Assembly (NCBI GenBank): GCA_964188305.1 | Contig: OZ076888.1 | Source: Podarcis bocagei | Lineage: Eukaryota | DNA: 64,000 nucleotides | Strand: one strand, 5' to 3' | Shown here: in pieces, positions 25,676-37,941 of the stretch | Layout of the letters: every line of letters starts with the position of its first letter | Position numbering within the stretch: position 1 is the first letter of the stretch | Notes under the pieces: generated by a model | Database searches by the model: none | Seen by the model: the letters and a program-made list of their open reading frames with translations, nothing else | What the model was told of the DNA's origin: nothing | Program-made: the position numbers and the translations under genes

Positions 25676-28600
25676 TGGAAACAGATGCCTTATTTAAAGC
25701 TATACAAGAGGTATAACATGGAATCAATGAGGATTCCTGCACAGACATTGCTTTGCATTTGGTAAAATAAGCCTCAAACATAACCCAACACAGTAAAAGA
25801 AAAATAAGCTGACTCAAACCATTTTAAGCTTGTAAGAGTTGCATCAGATGAGGTCTCATTAAGTGAGTGTGATAAAGAGCATATATAGTAACCCCTGATG
25901 GAACTCTGAGGCTCCAGCAAAGATGACATTTAACAAAGGAAGCGTGCCAACCCAGGCAGTTCTGCTCAGATTAAAATAAATGATTTGCTCCAGGGATAAA
26001 AAGTACATAAAACTGGATTAAGCCACTGACCTTCATCCACCTTTGGAGAAGGCAGTTCTGGCAGTTATTTATTCTACTTTGCAGGCCAGACATCATGTGT
26101 CATCACACACACTTGTTCCAGTTTAGCTGTGTGTGTGTGTTGCTTAGGTCAAATAAGTGCTATGGACCCTGCTGCTGCTGCTGAAGTCAAGGGCAAAAAT
26201 GACATTGAACTAAACATTCTGAGCAAATGGAATCTGAATCAGAATATGCAACAGCATGGACTACAGGGATGGACATTGCTGTAGAGCATTTTATCCCTTC
26301 AGACCATCAGCGAAGAGAATTTTTATGGGTCAAATCCACCCAAAGGCATCTTATGGATGCGCTGATTCAGTGCACCTGATCACTACACACAAATCTGATC
26401 CTAGCACTGACCAGTTAAGTCTACATGGCAGACAGAAGCAACTGTAGGGTTACAAGGCTGGTACCATAATCAACACAGGGTAATACTGAAGAAAACCTCC
26501 TGCCCACATTACTTTCTTTATTAGGAGCAAATGTTGATTCAGAGTCAGAAAGTGTGTTTGCAAAAAAATGACATCTCTCCTCAAGCTTTCCATTTAAGAA
26601 GAAAGCCAAGGTGGGGAGAGGGTGGAAGAAGTCTAGCGCAAACAAACCTGCACCTTTTTGACTGGAATTATGGCAGGCTTCTTCCAGTCCAAAGGGTTTG
26701 CTATGCTTGCAAATTGCATACAATTCTGTCAAATGGAAAGAGGCTATAATAATTTGTTGATTTCCTCATGACAGCCAATGGGGAGGCACAAAGCTTCAGC
26801 TTTTCCCAGATCAGTATTCTGATACGGTGCCAAGATGAACGAGGCAGCCTTCAAACTGTCTGAGCCAAACTGGAGTAATTTCCAAAGTGCTGAATCAGGG
26901 TCCAAAACAAACCTTGTGGTTAGTGCACACTCGTGAGTATTGGATACTGCTTTAGCAAATAAAGCATCAAACCAGATACCCAAGAGCTTTTGTGCAGACA
27001 CACCTTCCCAAATGCCGGAACATCATTTATTATTTTATTTATTTTGTAAGATTTTATGTACTGCTTGATTGTAAAAATGAAACAAAACCTCAGAGTGGTT
27101 GTCTCAACTGTTCTGGTAAAGTACAGGTCCAGATAAAGAAGAGATACTTATGTGTACCACTATTCAGTCACAGCCACATCCACCAAAGAGAGTCATTTAT
27201 GCTCTCAGGCAGGTGCGACCATTTTCTACCTTACAAATTCACCCAGGTAAGTATTCACTTGGAGCAACAAGGTATGTGCTTAAGAAATTTGGAGCGTGGG
27301 GTTAGGAATTCTCCAACTAAATGGTGAGATTTCTACTTGCACAACAGAATTCTTCATATTGCTGTTCCCTCTCCATGTGCCCCCAAGGCCCCGCCCATTC
27401 GCTCTTGAGGGTTGGGAACCCCTAGGACAGATTCAGGGGATGGGGGACACAGGGAGAGGAGAGGGAGCAGAAGTTCCTTTGCACAACAATAAGTATGTTC
27501 CAGCTCCACTGTCACGAGACGTTATGCCTCTTAATACCAGGTGATGGGAAACCCAGGTGGGCAGAGTGCTGTTAGATGCATGTCCTGCTTGCAGGCTCCC
27601 CATTGGCATTTGTCTGCAACTATGAGAATAGGCCATTGGCTTGATCCAGTAGGCTTGTATTGTGTTCTTAAGATACTTGCACCAGAGGAACCACTTAGTT
27701 GGATACCACCCATGGTATTAATGAAAGGTTTGGGGGGGGGTGAGTGTGTGGAAAGGGTAAGCAGAACAGATTTCTTTCTCGGTCTGGGAGGTGAAACCAC
27801 CAGGCCCCATGAGCATGGGGTTGCTGCTGTCACAACCCTCACCTGATCCAATGAAGCTGGCAGAAGTGATGCTCCATTTGGATGCCATCCCTATCAATCG
27901 CCCTGGGCCTTCAAGCAAGCTATGCAACCGTACAAAATATTGCTGTGGTTATGCTAAAACAGCTAAGCAGAACATAAGGGGTGAAGCCTCTACATATATA
28001 GACACATCCCTTCCCACTTTATGTGAAATTCTGTGGTTTCCAAGGGGCAGATAAGGGGCATGTTAGGATCAGCTGATTTCCATGATCCCATCTCCCATGA
28101 CATAATTATGCAAACACCAGATCTTTGCTTCTTCTTTGAAGCATGTGCTCACCTCCGAATAGAAGATTGCTGATAGAAAATCCACCAACCTGTTTGAATT
28201 TTAGCGGTTTCCTGCAAACTCAATATGTTCCATTGCTTGCTTCCCTATGTAGGAAGCAGTGTGCTTATTGGACTAGCGCTCACCCTGCCTCATGGGTTTT
28301 GTGGTTTCAAGGCTGCACATACTGTCATTCTCGTACATTTCTCTTATCAGCAAAGTATCAGAACAGGAAGAGAATGCAGAGGTTCTTGGAAAAACATGTT
28401 TTGGTTGCAAAAACAAAGGTTGTCTAGAGAAAAAACATCTCAAGAACGTAGGTATTGCAAAAACACATAATGCTCTTATGTGGGAGAGTGATCTCCTTTA
28501 CCTCTGAATGCATGAAACTCCAACTAACCAGGACAGCAAGTTGCCTTCCATGTAGCAACTGATTCTCAAGTGTCCCATGGATTTCTCCTCTTCCCAAACA

Positions 28601-29026
28601 TTTCTCAAGGTTATCATTCTTAGGATAATACATCATTAAGATTATAGTGCACATACATACACACCTGTACACATACCACTGTAGAACTATGTGTAATGTA
28701 AGGATTTAGGCTTAAGGACTTCTTTGCTCCTGAAACCCAAATGGGTCATCACTGGAATGTTTCTGCTTTGTTCAGAGTATGAACATACATCACTGCAACT
28801 GCCACACTGCCACATTACAATCTACCCTAGGGTTCACCTGAATTCAGGAAGGTTATATCATACACATAGGGCCTGCCATGACTTGACAGCCAATAAGAAA
28901 GCAGCATATAAAAGGGATTATACTATTACAAAGTGTAAATTCCTCCTCAGGAGCACCGGATCCCTGGTTCTTCTACTTCTTCCTGTTTTTTTTACTCCAT
29001 ACCAGGGTAGCATGAGGAAGCTTCTC

Positions 29027-29123
29027 TCAAAGCCCTTTATTGAAGTAGACAACCTCAATGTCAGAGTTTTTCTCCCTGATCAGAGCTTGGACTTCAGGTT
29101 CCAGGCGGCTCACCCGCATTGAG
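29027..29123 (-). CDS. SFXN3: SFXN3 last coding exon ([31 protein letters not shown])
   Basis: ttttccag|; TGA at 29029-29027; canonical NKGL C-terminus. Confidence 0.94.
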
Positions 29124-32100
29124 CTGGAAAAAGGAAAACAAGATGTTTTTCTAGTTCTTAGGGCAAAGGAGAGAGTAGGAAATGGAAAGCAAAGTTATGG
29201 AGCAGGGCTATCTCAAGAGGTGCACAGCCATGCTCTGAAAAATGGGCTATGACCTCCCATGTCATGTTTTAAATCAGCAGTAGGCTAGTCTGTTTATTAC
29301 GGGAAAGAGATGCTTACAGTGTGTCCACCATGTATGCTTCTGGAGAAGACCACAGTCAAGGAAGGAGAAACCAGGTCCCAAGAATGTGGTGACCAGAGGT
29401 ATCTTCTTCAAACTTAATGTGGGATGCTCTTTCCCACACTGTGTGGCATTTCCCCCAACTGTGGCACTGCCCACATTTGAAAACCTCCCAAGCAGAAAGG
29501 GGAAACATCTGTGATTCCTAAAGAATGTAGGATTGCTTCTACGCTTAAGACAGGATCAGGCTTCAAGACTGTAACACACCAGCAGGGCATGAAAACCGCA
29601 GCAACACAAACATTAAAAAGGCCATGTTTTTCAAAATAATGCTTCTTCCCCCACCCACCCCGGCAAAATAACAAGGGGGGAAAACCACCTTTTCAAATTT
29701 TGAATTGAAAGTAAACAGTTGTGAAAATGTTGACTTTGAACAGCAAAATATTTAAAAAAAAGAAAAGAAACAGTTTATGAGGAACTCCCCATTCAAAATT
29801 ATACAGATTTAGCACTGATACTTGCATTCAGTGCTAGGTCTACTCAGAACAGACTGCCTGAAGTTAATGAACATGACTAACAGGTCCATTAAGGTCTATG
29901 TGACCCATACGCAAGAGCACAAGATCTCACTCGAGAGCATAGCCCCTCCAAACGGGATGTCCCAGACAGTTGATGGGTATGTGCCACGAGCCCCCTGGGT
30001 GGCTGGACCCCAAATGGACCCCGGGAACCACTCTCATAGAATATAACATGCAATGACATGCTTACCTTTTCTGGGGGAAGAGTGCACAGCAAAGAGGGGT
30101 AGCAAACACCAAACTGGAAAAACAAAGACAGGAGAGGAGTCACTTCTGCCTTGGAGAATGGGCAAGGGAGTCGCTCTGGGGGGAAATAACCCTCACCCCC
30201 CTCCCACCAACCTTGGGGGGGGGCAATGGCAATGTTCTATGTTGCTCTATGTGTTGGGGGTATAGGCTGCTTTCTTTCTCCCAGTCAGAATTGTAGATGC
30301 CGAACAACACACAATGGAGTGCAGTATCCTGCATCCCAATCAAAGCTTTTCTCTTGTGCCTCCTTCACCAACCTGGAGCTCTCCACAACTACAAGTGATC
30401 ATCAAAAACATCTGGAGGGCACCAGGTTGGCAAAAGGCCCCCAACCCATTTTCCTGGAATGGGGATCTAGTCAAATTTCCAAAAGGAATAGCACTATGTC
30501 ATGAAAGCTACCTTGCCTGATCCATTACAAATAAGCAGGGTACCATGTTAATGTCATTTCAATGGGGCTTGTGGGGGGGGCAACCCACAAAAGTTGAAAT
30601 ATTCAGAATGGAACAGGTTGCCACTCATAAATTTCAACACCTTCAAACTGATATACATTGATAGGAACTGGTAGAAATTCTGATCAGCCTAAAGGTCAAG
30701 CCACAGTTGCCAGGGAAGAAAATCCAGAATGGCCATGGAATGTGGGTCCCCATGCCTGATTCCCACAATCATACTTTCTCAGGAGATTACCTCACTTGCT
30801 CCTGTAAGCCAAGTGCTATCTGGTTCTAGCCAAAAGCCGTGTTTCTTTATTATTCATTTATTCCATGCTTGTCTTCTCTTTCATCCCAGGAGCTCAAGGC
30901 TCCTAGGTCATCATGCCCCAACCAGCTACCCCCAATTTTAGCCTCCACAACCAGGTTGGTCTGAGAGAAAGTCAGTTTCCTGGCTGAGAAAGAATTTGAA
31001 CCTGAGCCTCCCCAGTCATAGGCATTCTACTTCCCCACATTGGTCAGATTCACACCATAAATTTAAAGCGCTATGGTATCAATTTAAACAGCCATGGCTT
31101 TCCTCAAGTATTCTGGGAACTGCAGCTCGTTAAGGGTGCTAAGGGTTCGTTAAGTTGTTAGGAGATCCCTGCTGCCCACACAGAGCTACAGTCCCCTGAG
31201 TGATTTAATATTCAATTCCTCTTCACAGGGAACTCTGGAAATTGTAGCTTTTTTGGTGCGTGGGGGGGGGGGAATAGGGGCCCCCTAACAAACTCAGCAC
31301 TGTTAACAAACTACAGCTCCCAGAATCCTTTGGGGGAAGCCGTGACTGTTTAAAGTGGTATTGTGGCACTTTATAAACATACAGTGTGAATGTGAGCACG
31401 GTTTGCACTGACATTCTTCTCAGAGCTCTGGCAACATGCTCTCTCCTCCTGACATAAAATACTCCCATTTGCACAAGGGAAGAAGCGCACTTACCACAGG
31501 CCCACCAGCCCAACCTGCAGAGGAGCATTCATCCAAGGGTACCGCTGGAAGGAAACACAAGGCATTGGTTCGTGTTCAGTATCTACATCCGTTTCCAAAG
31601 CAGCCGTTGTCGCTTGTTGCCTACAGAGGTGCAGCCATTTACACAGCAGGAGCACTCATACGTTTCTTGGGGAAAGCCCTATGTGGCACTCCAGATAGTG
31701 CGAAACTACAACACAGTCTCAGCTAGCATGGTCAATGGTCAGGGATGATGGCAACATCTAGAGAGCCAAGGGTTAGCCACCCCTGCTTAAGAAGCTTTGA
31801 ATATTTTTTTGTAATTGTCAACAATTGACCCTAGCATTTCCAAGATGGCAGTCAATACACCTTCTAAGAAATTAAACTCCCCTTCCTGACCAGCGTAAGA
31901 AGAGCCCTGCTGGATCAACCCAAAGGCCTATCTCATCTAGCACTCTGTTTCATGAGGGTTGAGAAGGAAGCTGAACACACATACACAAATATGGCTCATA
32001 TCAAGAAAGCAACCACATCCTTCTCAGCCTCTAGGAATGGAGGCCTGGGAGCTGAACTAAGATCCAAAAGGACCTACCTTCAAAAATGCTCTCTTCTCTA

Positions 32101-35100
32101 GTGCGTTCATGATCACAGGAGGGATGGCTATAAGGAAAATGAGGAAGGAGAATATTAAAGACACACCCAACCAGCCAAATGTCTCCTGCACATTTTGAAT
32201 CGGGTTTAGGGTTGTTGTTGTTTTATTTCTCTAGGACTTCCTGGAATCCATTGAGGATACTCGGAAACTAACATCCCAATGCCAACAACTTAAACAGGAT
32301 TTCTACCTTGGTAGAACCTTTCAGGAGATAATGACAAAATAGCCCAGCATGTATGCACCAAAAGCAGAACTAAAATTAATGGGATCTTCAAAATGCTTAA
32401 TTTTGATCTCAAATATTCTCCAGGCAATCTGTGAAAGCTCAAATGGGGGGCACAGGGCACGAAGGGTGCTCTTCACCCTCTGTGCTGTCTAGCCCCTGCA
32501 TGCGCCGGATCTCTGCGGGGGAAGGGTGCCTGGTTGGCGCCTCCCCAATTGTGCGCCTGGGACAATGGTCCCCCTGGCACCCCCCAGGCTACACCACTGT
32601 ACTGCCCTCCATCAGCAGATCTCAGGGCCCTTTTAAATTAAAAGTGCCAAAGTTTTAACCTGGGCCCTGCTACATGCAAACATGTGCTCTGTCACTGAGC
32701 ACATCAATGCACATCAAGCATCCAAATTAATTAATAGTTAAAAAGAAACACTCCTCAGTTTATAATATTTCATATTTGAATCTTGCCAAAAAAAATTGAG
32801 AGAAGCCAGCAAATCAAAATCATTCACATTTCCACCCATAAAAAACCGCATCATCCCTTATTGGCGAAGTTGGAACTTCATATATTTGCTTCTGCTCTAG
32901 CCAAGGGCCAATGCAGCAGCTACTTACCCATGGCAGGTGCAGCCATGCCAATTCGAGACACCACCACTTGTGCAATGGCTTGCTGAGCGGCTGCCTTTGA
33001 CTCACCCAACCGATTTCCATTCTCGTCTGTAATGGGGATACCAAGCTTTAGCTCCCTGTAAAAATGGTTAAGGGGGGGAAATAATACAACCCTTTATTGT
33101 CATTTTCAGCCTCTCCTTTCTCTTGCTGCCAGAAATGCAGCAATTCTTCTGAGTCCTAGTTGCCTGTGCTTCCTGTCTTTCTAGACCGGGAACACAAGTA
33201 TTAAACTAGGCATCAACTCCAAAATTCCACCCACCAGCCAGCACAGGACCACGTCTGTCCTGCTGGATCTCCAAAGAAGGATAGTCTGGAACAATGTGGT
33301 ATAGGACCATGGAACGATGTGGAGTAGCTCCACCACATTATTCCAACTGACCACTCCCCATGAACCAAAACCACATAAACAGCACAACAGCAGACACTGT
33401 TCAGACATGAGGACAAGGCACATCAGGAGATTGACCCGTGGCTCCACTCTTCATTACACTTTTTCTCTACTCTTCATTATGTTGCCTCCTCTCCAACTTC
33501 TTCCACCTACTTCAAAACCCTAGTTCTCTACCCTGGCTCTGGCACATGATGCAGCAATCTTCATAAAGCTAAGCAGGTCTCGGTCCGGTCGGTGCCTGGA
33601 TGGGAGACCTTTGTATATCGCCTTGAATTACCAAGTAGGAAAAGATGGGATACAAAGAAATAAAAGGAACTATATTCTCAACTACAGTAACAAACTTATC
33701 ACAGAAATGTAGACGTTGCTTTCTAAATAGCTAGAAAGCTTCTCTCTTCATTCTGGGGGAGGTGGTTCCCCTTACGCAACCTGGTATTACTTTTTACTAT
33801 GTTCCAAGTCCCCCCCCCCCTCCTTCATAGATCTATAATGGCAAAGCCCTCTGCTATGCTGTTAGCCTGGTGCCAGTTATTGTGGATTCTGCATATTATC
33901 TTAGCTGTGAACACCTCATACTTTCAAAGTCAAAAGACTGAGAAAAGATGCCCAGGGGTGCAGCAATTTAGAATATGCTACTAGCAAGAAATGGCCAAGA
34001 CCTGGACTTTGGTTTCCCCTTTCCAGGAGGGTGGGCTATGTTTCAGTGTCAGAGGACATGCTTTGCTGGGGCAAAAGGTTGCTGGTGTCTCCAGGAAGGG
34101 ATAGGAAGCTCCCCTCTCAAACCCAGGAGAGACCCTGCCAGTCAGTGTAGACAATACTGAGCCAGATGTCCCAATACTGTGCTATATTGACTCAGTGCAA
34201 GGCATCCTCCTAAGTTCCTAGCCTCTCCCCATCACACAGCCCTATCTTACCTCTGCCTCATTAATGGTATGTTGATACAGTTAGCCGCTGCCACAGCTGC
34301 AAAAGGCACATAGCGTCCAATGATGGGTGGAAGGTGCTACCGAGGTGGAAGAGTTGAAAGGGAAAGAGAAAGAGAAAGAGAGAGGAGACATGTGTTACAG
34401 TTTGAATTAACAGCAGGATGAATTTGCCCAGGGAAAGTGTACCCAGCTGCCCACCCCACCCCCCCTGCACAGGTCTGACCAATGCACAAGAGAAAACAGG
34501 AAGAGGAACCAAAGATTTGCAGAAGTACACACACACACACACACCACGGGAAGAAAACCTTTCCAAACATCTCAGTGAGTGCTGAGCATGCTCAGTGGCC
34601 AGGGAATGCTGATAAGCAAATAAGGAAAGAGAGTCACTTGTCCTATGCAAGATCTTGTTTGTAACACCGAAGTGTGACAACCTAATCTCAAAGAACAGGC
34701 ATATCCTCCTTGCTCTGCCAGAGCAGACACAGCCGGTGGGTGCCTTACCTTGGTGAGGGACTTGAGGCCCAGTGCTGTGACCACAGCTCCTGTGGTAGCA
34801 CTGACGTAGGCAGTGCCCAGCTGGCTGTAAAGGAAGCAGGCAACCAGGTGAGGCTAAGATACTCTCAACTTCCTCCTGTCTAGTCCCAGCCCTAATGCTT
34901 CCCCTGGGAAAGGTATTGAATGGGTGGGACATGCAGGAACATTCCTATTTCCCACTATTAAAAATCCCCACCAAGACTAAGCAGTCACACATCTTCACCA
35001 CCTTTCCTAGCACTGCCAGTGTTCCTTCTTGCCTCATTCCCTACCCGTTTCTGCACAGGTGGTCTCCACCATGGTCTACCTTGCTTTTGACTTCAAGCTT

Positions 35101-37941
35101 TCCCTCCATGACTCCTGGAAAGCCCAGCCCCTGCAATCCTCTCCTCTTGACCCCACAAATGGGGCTACCACTGCTTCCTAGGCACACCACTTTGAAGAAA
35201 TAGCTCCCATGGGTTTTCCTGGGATTTGCAATGGGAAAAGGCTAAGAGTGAATTCATTCTCCCAGTGTGGATCCCCACCCACCAAAAAATGGCACCCATT
35301 CACGCACAAGAGGGAGGTACCAGCAGACTTGGGGGAGTCTCAAGTTTCGCAGAAGTTCGAAAGAAAACTTAAGGGAAACTATGAACCGAAGGGAAGGACC
35401 CCAAACACAGCCCAGTGAGGACTGAGCATGCTCACTAGCAATAGAATGCTGACTGTTGTAGGGGGGCCGAGAAACAGGTGGGAAAGAGGATGAAATGGAG
35501 TATCCTGAAAATTGGCTGGCACCCTGAATAGGATTACTCAACAGTGCAATGTTTTGTCATGGCTTCCACTTGAAATGTAATTAGGAAGGAGCTCCTGAAC
35601 AAATGTGGAATAATCCGAGTCCACACCTATAGCCATCTGGGATGAGGGAGCAGAATTTTTGGGGCCTGATGATCTGCTTCCTTGGCAGGTATGGGTCCTG
35701 AAAAGCTACCCTGTAGAGGCAGCTCCTATAGTGGTATCAGGCAATCCCATGGCAAATTTCCCACAAATATGTCTGCATTCGTTTCCAGGGCTCTTGGGCA
35801 GTACTCAGTGTCTTCTTACCTGACGGTTATGGGAGCATCTCCACTCCGGTTAGTGTAGTTGACAATGGCATTGAATGACTGGTTCACCCATTGCCAGAAC
35901 AGAACAGCAGGGGTTGTTCTGCAAGGAAAGAGAAAAGTCAGGGCTCCCATAAACATGACAAAAACCAGGATGTTAGGCTAATTCTCAAAGAAGTAGCGAA
36001 CGAGCTCTATGTACTGATTTGGTGTGTGCTTCTCATAGCCCCTCCTCCATACATATACACAAAAGCACTCAATGAGGTACGCATGCAGTTTCAATGCCAC
36101 TGTTCCACCACATACACAGCACTTCCTTTCTCCTTCAGATTTAGGGCCAAACTACATCCAACACAGAAAATCCATGAACAAATCTCTTTTTTATTTCATT
36201 AAAACTAGCTTTTTTTATTTCATTAACTAGCTGATCTTAGGGTGCAATTTGGGTGAGGTAGGGTTGCTATACGTCCAGAATTTCCCAGACATAGCCAGGA
36301 TATTGCAGTCTGTCTAGGCAGAAATTGCTAAAATGTCTGGGAAAATCCAGATGTCTGGCAACCCTTGTTGGCAGTGTCGATTTTCCTTAAAAAATAGAAA
36401 GCTCAACAACCTTTTTGTCCGGATTTTCACTTTTTGAAATATGGCAACCCTAGGTAAGGTCCATGGCATGGGGAAAAGTGGGGTTAATTCTTGCCCCCAG
36501 CCACAATGTTAGATTGCTCCCTCTTCCTGCCCCAAAGCTGGCATTTCCCTCAGAGGTACTTGCCCATATAGTATTTGATTTTTTCCCTGCAGCTAAGAGC
36601 AACTTGAGCACTGAGGCAGGGGAGAGAGGGGAACAGTGTTAAACTCCTATCACAGCAGACTGCTTCAAATTAGCCCTCTAAATTGCTGCATTACATCAAA
36701 TGTAAGGCTGTTGTCACGCTGCAGTTCGCGTGGCCACCAGTAGGACCTTAGAAGTTGTGCACCTACCTGTAGAAAGTGAGCATGCAGCCAGTGATGGTCA
36801 TGTTCATGGGCACCTGGGCCGACATTCGCCCAATCAGGATCATCTTCTCGCCAGTGTCCGGGTGGAAAGCCGAGTCGTAGATGTATTTTGCCCGCCATAG
36901 TTGGTCCTCAGTCAATCCTGGCGACACCTTCCCTTTCCTGAAACAATCAAGAAAAGGAAAGAAGATTGGAGGCAGTTTAGGGAAATGAGAAGATTTGCTG
37001 TGGAGGTTGCTGGGGCAAGAAGTATCAACGCACTGTACTAGGAAGAGGTGGGGTCAGTTTGGGAGGTAAGAATAGCTGTATTAGCAATGACCAGAGGTAC
37101 CCCTCAACACTCCTCTCTATTCATGTACACTGTGAAATGCAAGGAGACCCTTCAAATGGACCAGTTGCCCTGTGGATAGTCTTGGATGGGTTCCTTTGAA
37201 TGTTCTGATTAATTAAAAATATTGGGTTTGGAATAGGATGTGTAGACAGGGAAATGGTTTGGGACTATGCTAATGCTCTGTCACCAATGGCCAGTAGTCA
37301 CTGGAGGAGACATTAATACTAATGAGGGAATCGTTAATACTAATATGTTTGTTTGCTAGTGGGAACATAAAAGACTGCATTTATGATATATTTATGTCTT
37401 CGTTGTACCTATAAATTGATTTGTTTGCTTTTCTTGTGAGCCACTTGGAGCATCCTTTGGGAAAGTGGCCTGTAAATAAACTTATTCTCTAAGCTTCATC
37501 TTTCCATTCCTTCTAAAAGTGCATCCCTCTTCCTAGGAGTTCGTTCTCCCTGCTTTTGCTTTCCCAGAGCCACTATATTGAAAGTCAACAAGCCACTCCA
37601 GAGTGCTAAGAGGAATCTACAAATTCCAGGAATTAGAGGACAGCTGACACCAAGTGCTTTAAAAGCCTCTAGATAGCACAACATCAGGATTCCCCACAAC
37701 CTCACCCCCTCACTCCTGGCACTGCCTTCCTTGTCATTCTCTAAGGACCAAAGCAATCCCCAGACTAACAAGAGAACCTGTAATCCTCAATCACCCTCCG
37801 GGCCTCTTCCAGAGTTTTGCTAGAGAGCAGAAGGTTGCGAGGATCTGTCACCGTGAAGAAGTGTTTTGCTCTCCCTGTGAAGCTGCTCTGGTCCCATCGT
37901 GGCTCCTTGGTGTCGATGCGCAAGGACAGTTCCCCAGACAT
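29027..37941 (-). CDS. SFXN3: Sideroflexin-3, complete spliced CDS (10 coding exons, 969 nt, 322 aa)
   Basis: All exons are bounded by AG/GT and phase-compatible (lengths 164,171,99,76,86,128,50,50,48,97). The protein carries sideroflexin motifs ([59 protein letters not shown]). SFXN3-type residues (TEDQLW, LKSLTKHLPP, LEPE, EVVY) and divergent adjacency to PDZD7 favour SFXN3 over SFXN1. Confidence 0.93.
30066..30113 (-). CDS. SFXN3: SFXN3 coding exon 9 ([16 protein letters not shown])
   Basis: tttccag| ... |gtaag; 48 nt. Confidence 0.94.
31495..31544 (-). CDS. SFXN3: SFXN3 coding exon 8 ([17 protein letters not shown])
   Basis: ccttccag| ... |gtaag; 50 nt. Confidence 0.93.
32078..32127 (-). 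CDS. SFXN3: SFXN3 coding exon 7 ([17 protein letters not shown])
   Basis: ccttatag| ... |gtagg; 50 nt. Confidence 0.93.
32928..33055 (-). CDS. SFXN3: SFXN3 coding exon 6 ([20 protein letters not shown]...MAAPAM)
   Basis: ttttacag| ... |gtaag; 128 nt. Confidence 0.95.
33566..33609 (+). mobile_element. 5S rRNA-derived fragment (probable SINE head) in an SFXN3 intron
   Basis: aagctaagcagg...tggatgggagacc matches the 5S internal promoter A and C boxes; the rest of 5S is absent or degenerate. Confidence 0.55.
34251..34336 (-). CDS. SFXN3: SFXN3 coding exon 5 ([29 protein letters not shown])
   Basis: ggtag| ... |gtaag; 86 nt. Confidence 0.95.
34749..34824 (-). CDS. SFXN3: SFXN3 coding exon 4 ([25 protein letters not shown])
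   Basis: tttacag| ... |gtaag; 76 nt. Confidence 0.95.
35820..35918 (-). CDS. SFXN3: SFXN3 coding exon 3 ([32 protein letters not shown])
   Basis: ccttgcag| ... |gtaag; 99 nt. Confidence 0.95.
36260..36451. mobile_element. Palindromic MITE family with agggttgcc/ggcaaccct ends (related copies at ~48527-48699 and 61097-61415)
   Basis: Terminal inverted repeats and shared internal ggaaaatccgga / tccggattttc motifs. Confidence 0.6.
36767..36937 (-). CDS. SFXN3: SFXN3 coding exon 2 ([31 protein letters not shown]...TFYR)
   Basis: tttcag| ... |gtaggt; 171 nt, open frame. Confidence 0.95.
37778..37941 (-). CDS. SFXN3: SFXN3 coding exon 1 ([18 protein letters not shown]...IEDYR)
   Basis: Acceptor ccttgcag then aag before the ATG at 37941; donor AG|GT after 37778. 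Confidence 0.93.

Noticed and set aside
33566-33609. 5S rRNA gene
   Set aside because: Only the A/C-box region is similar; no full-length 5S sequence.
34261-34932. 223-aa minus-strand ORF
   Set aside because: It spans SFXN3 exons in other frames plus intron sequence with simple repeats; a chance ORF.
36187-36231. ~24-bp tandem duplication (tttttttatttcattaa..ctagc x2) in an SFXN3 intron
   Set aside because: Ordinary slippage duplication with no sign of function.
29027-37941. Calling the sideroflexin SFXN1 (322 aa, MSGEL start, many SFXN1-like residues)
   Set aside because: SFXN3-type residues and divergent adjacency to PDZD7 favour SFXN3; the shared residues are probably ancestral states.
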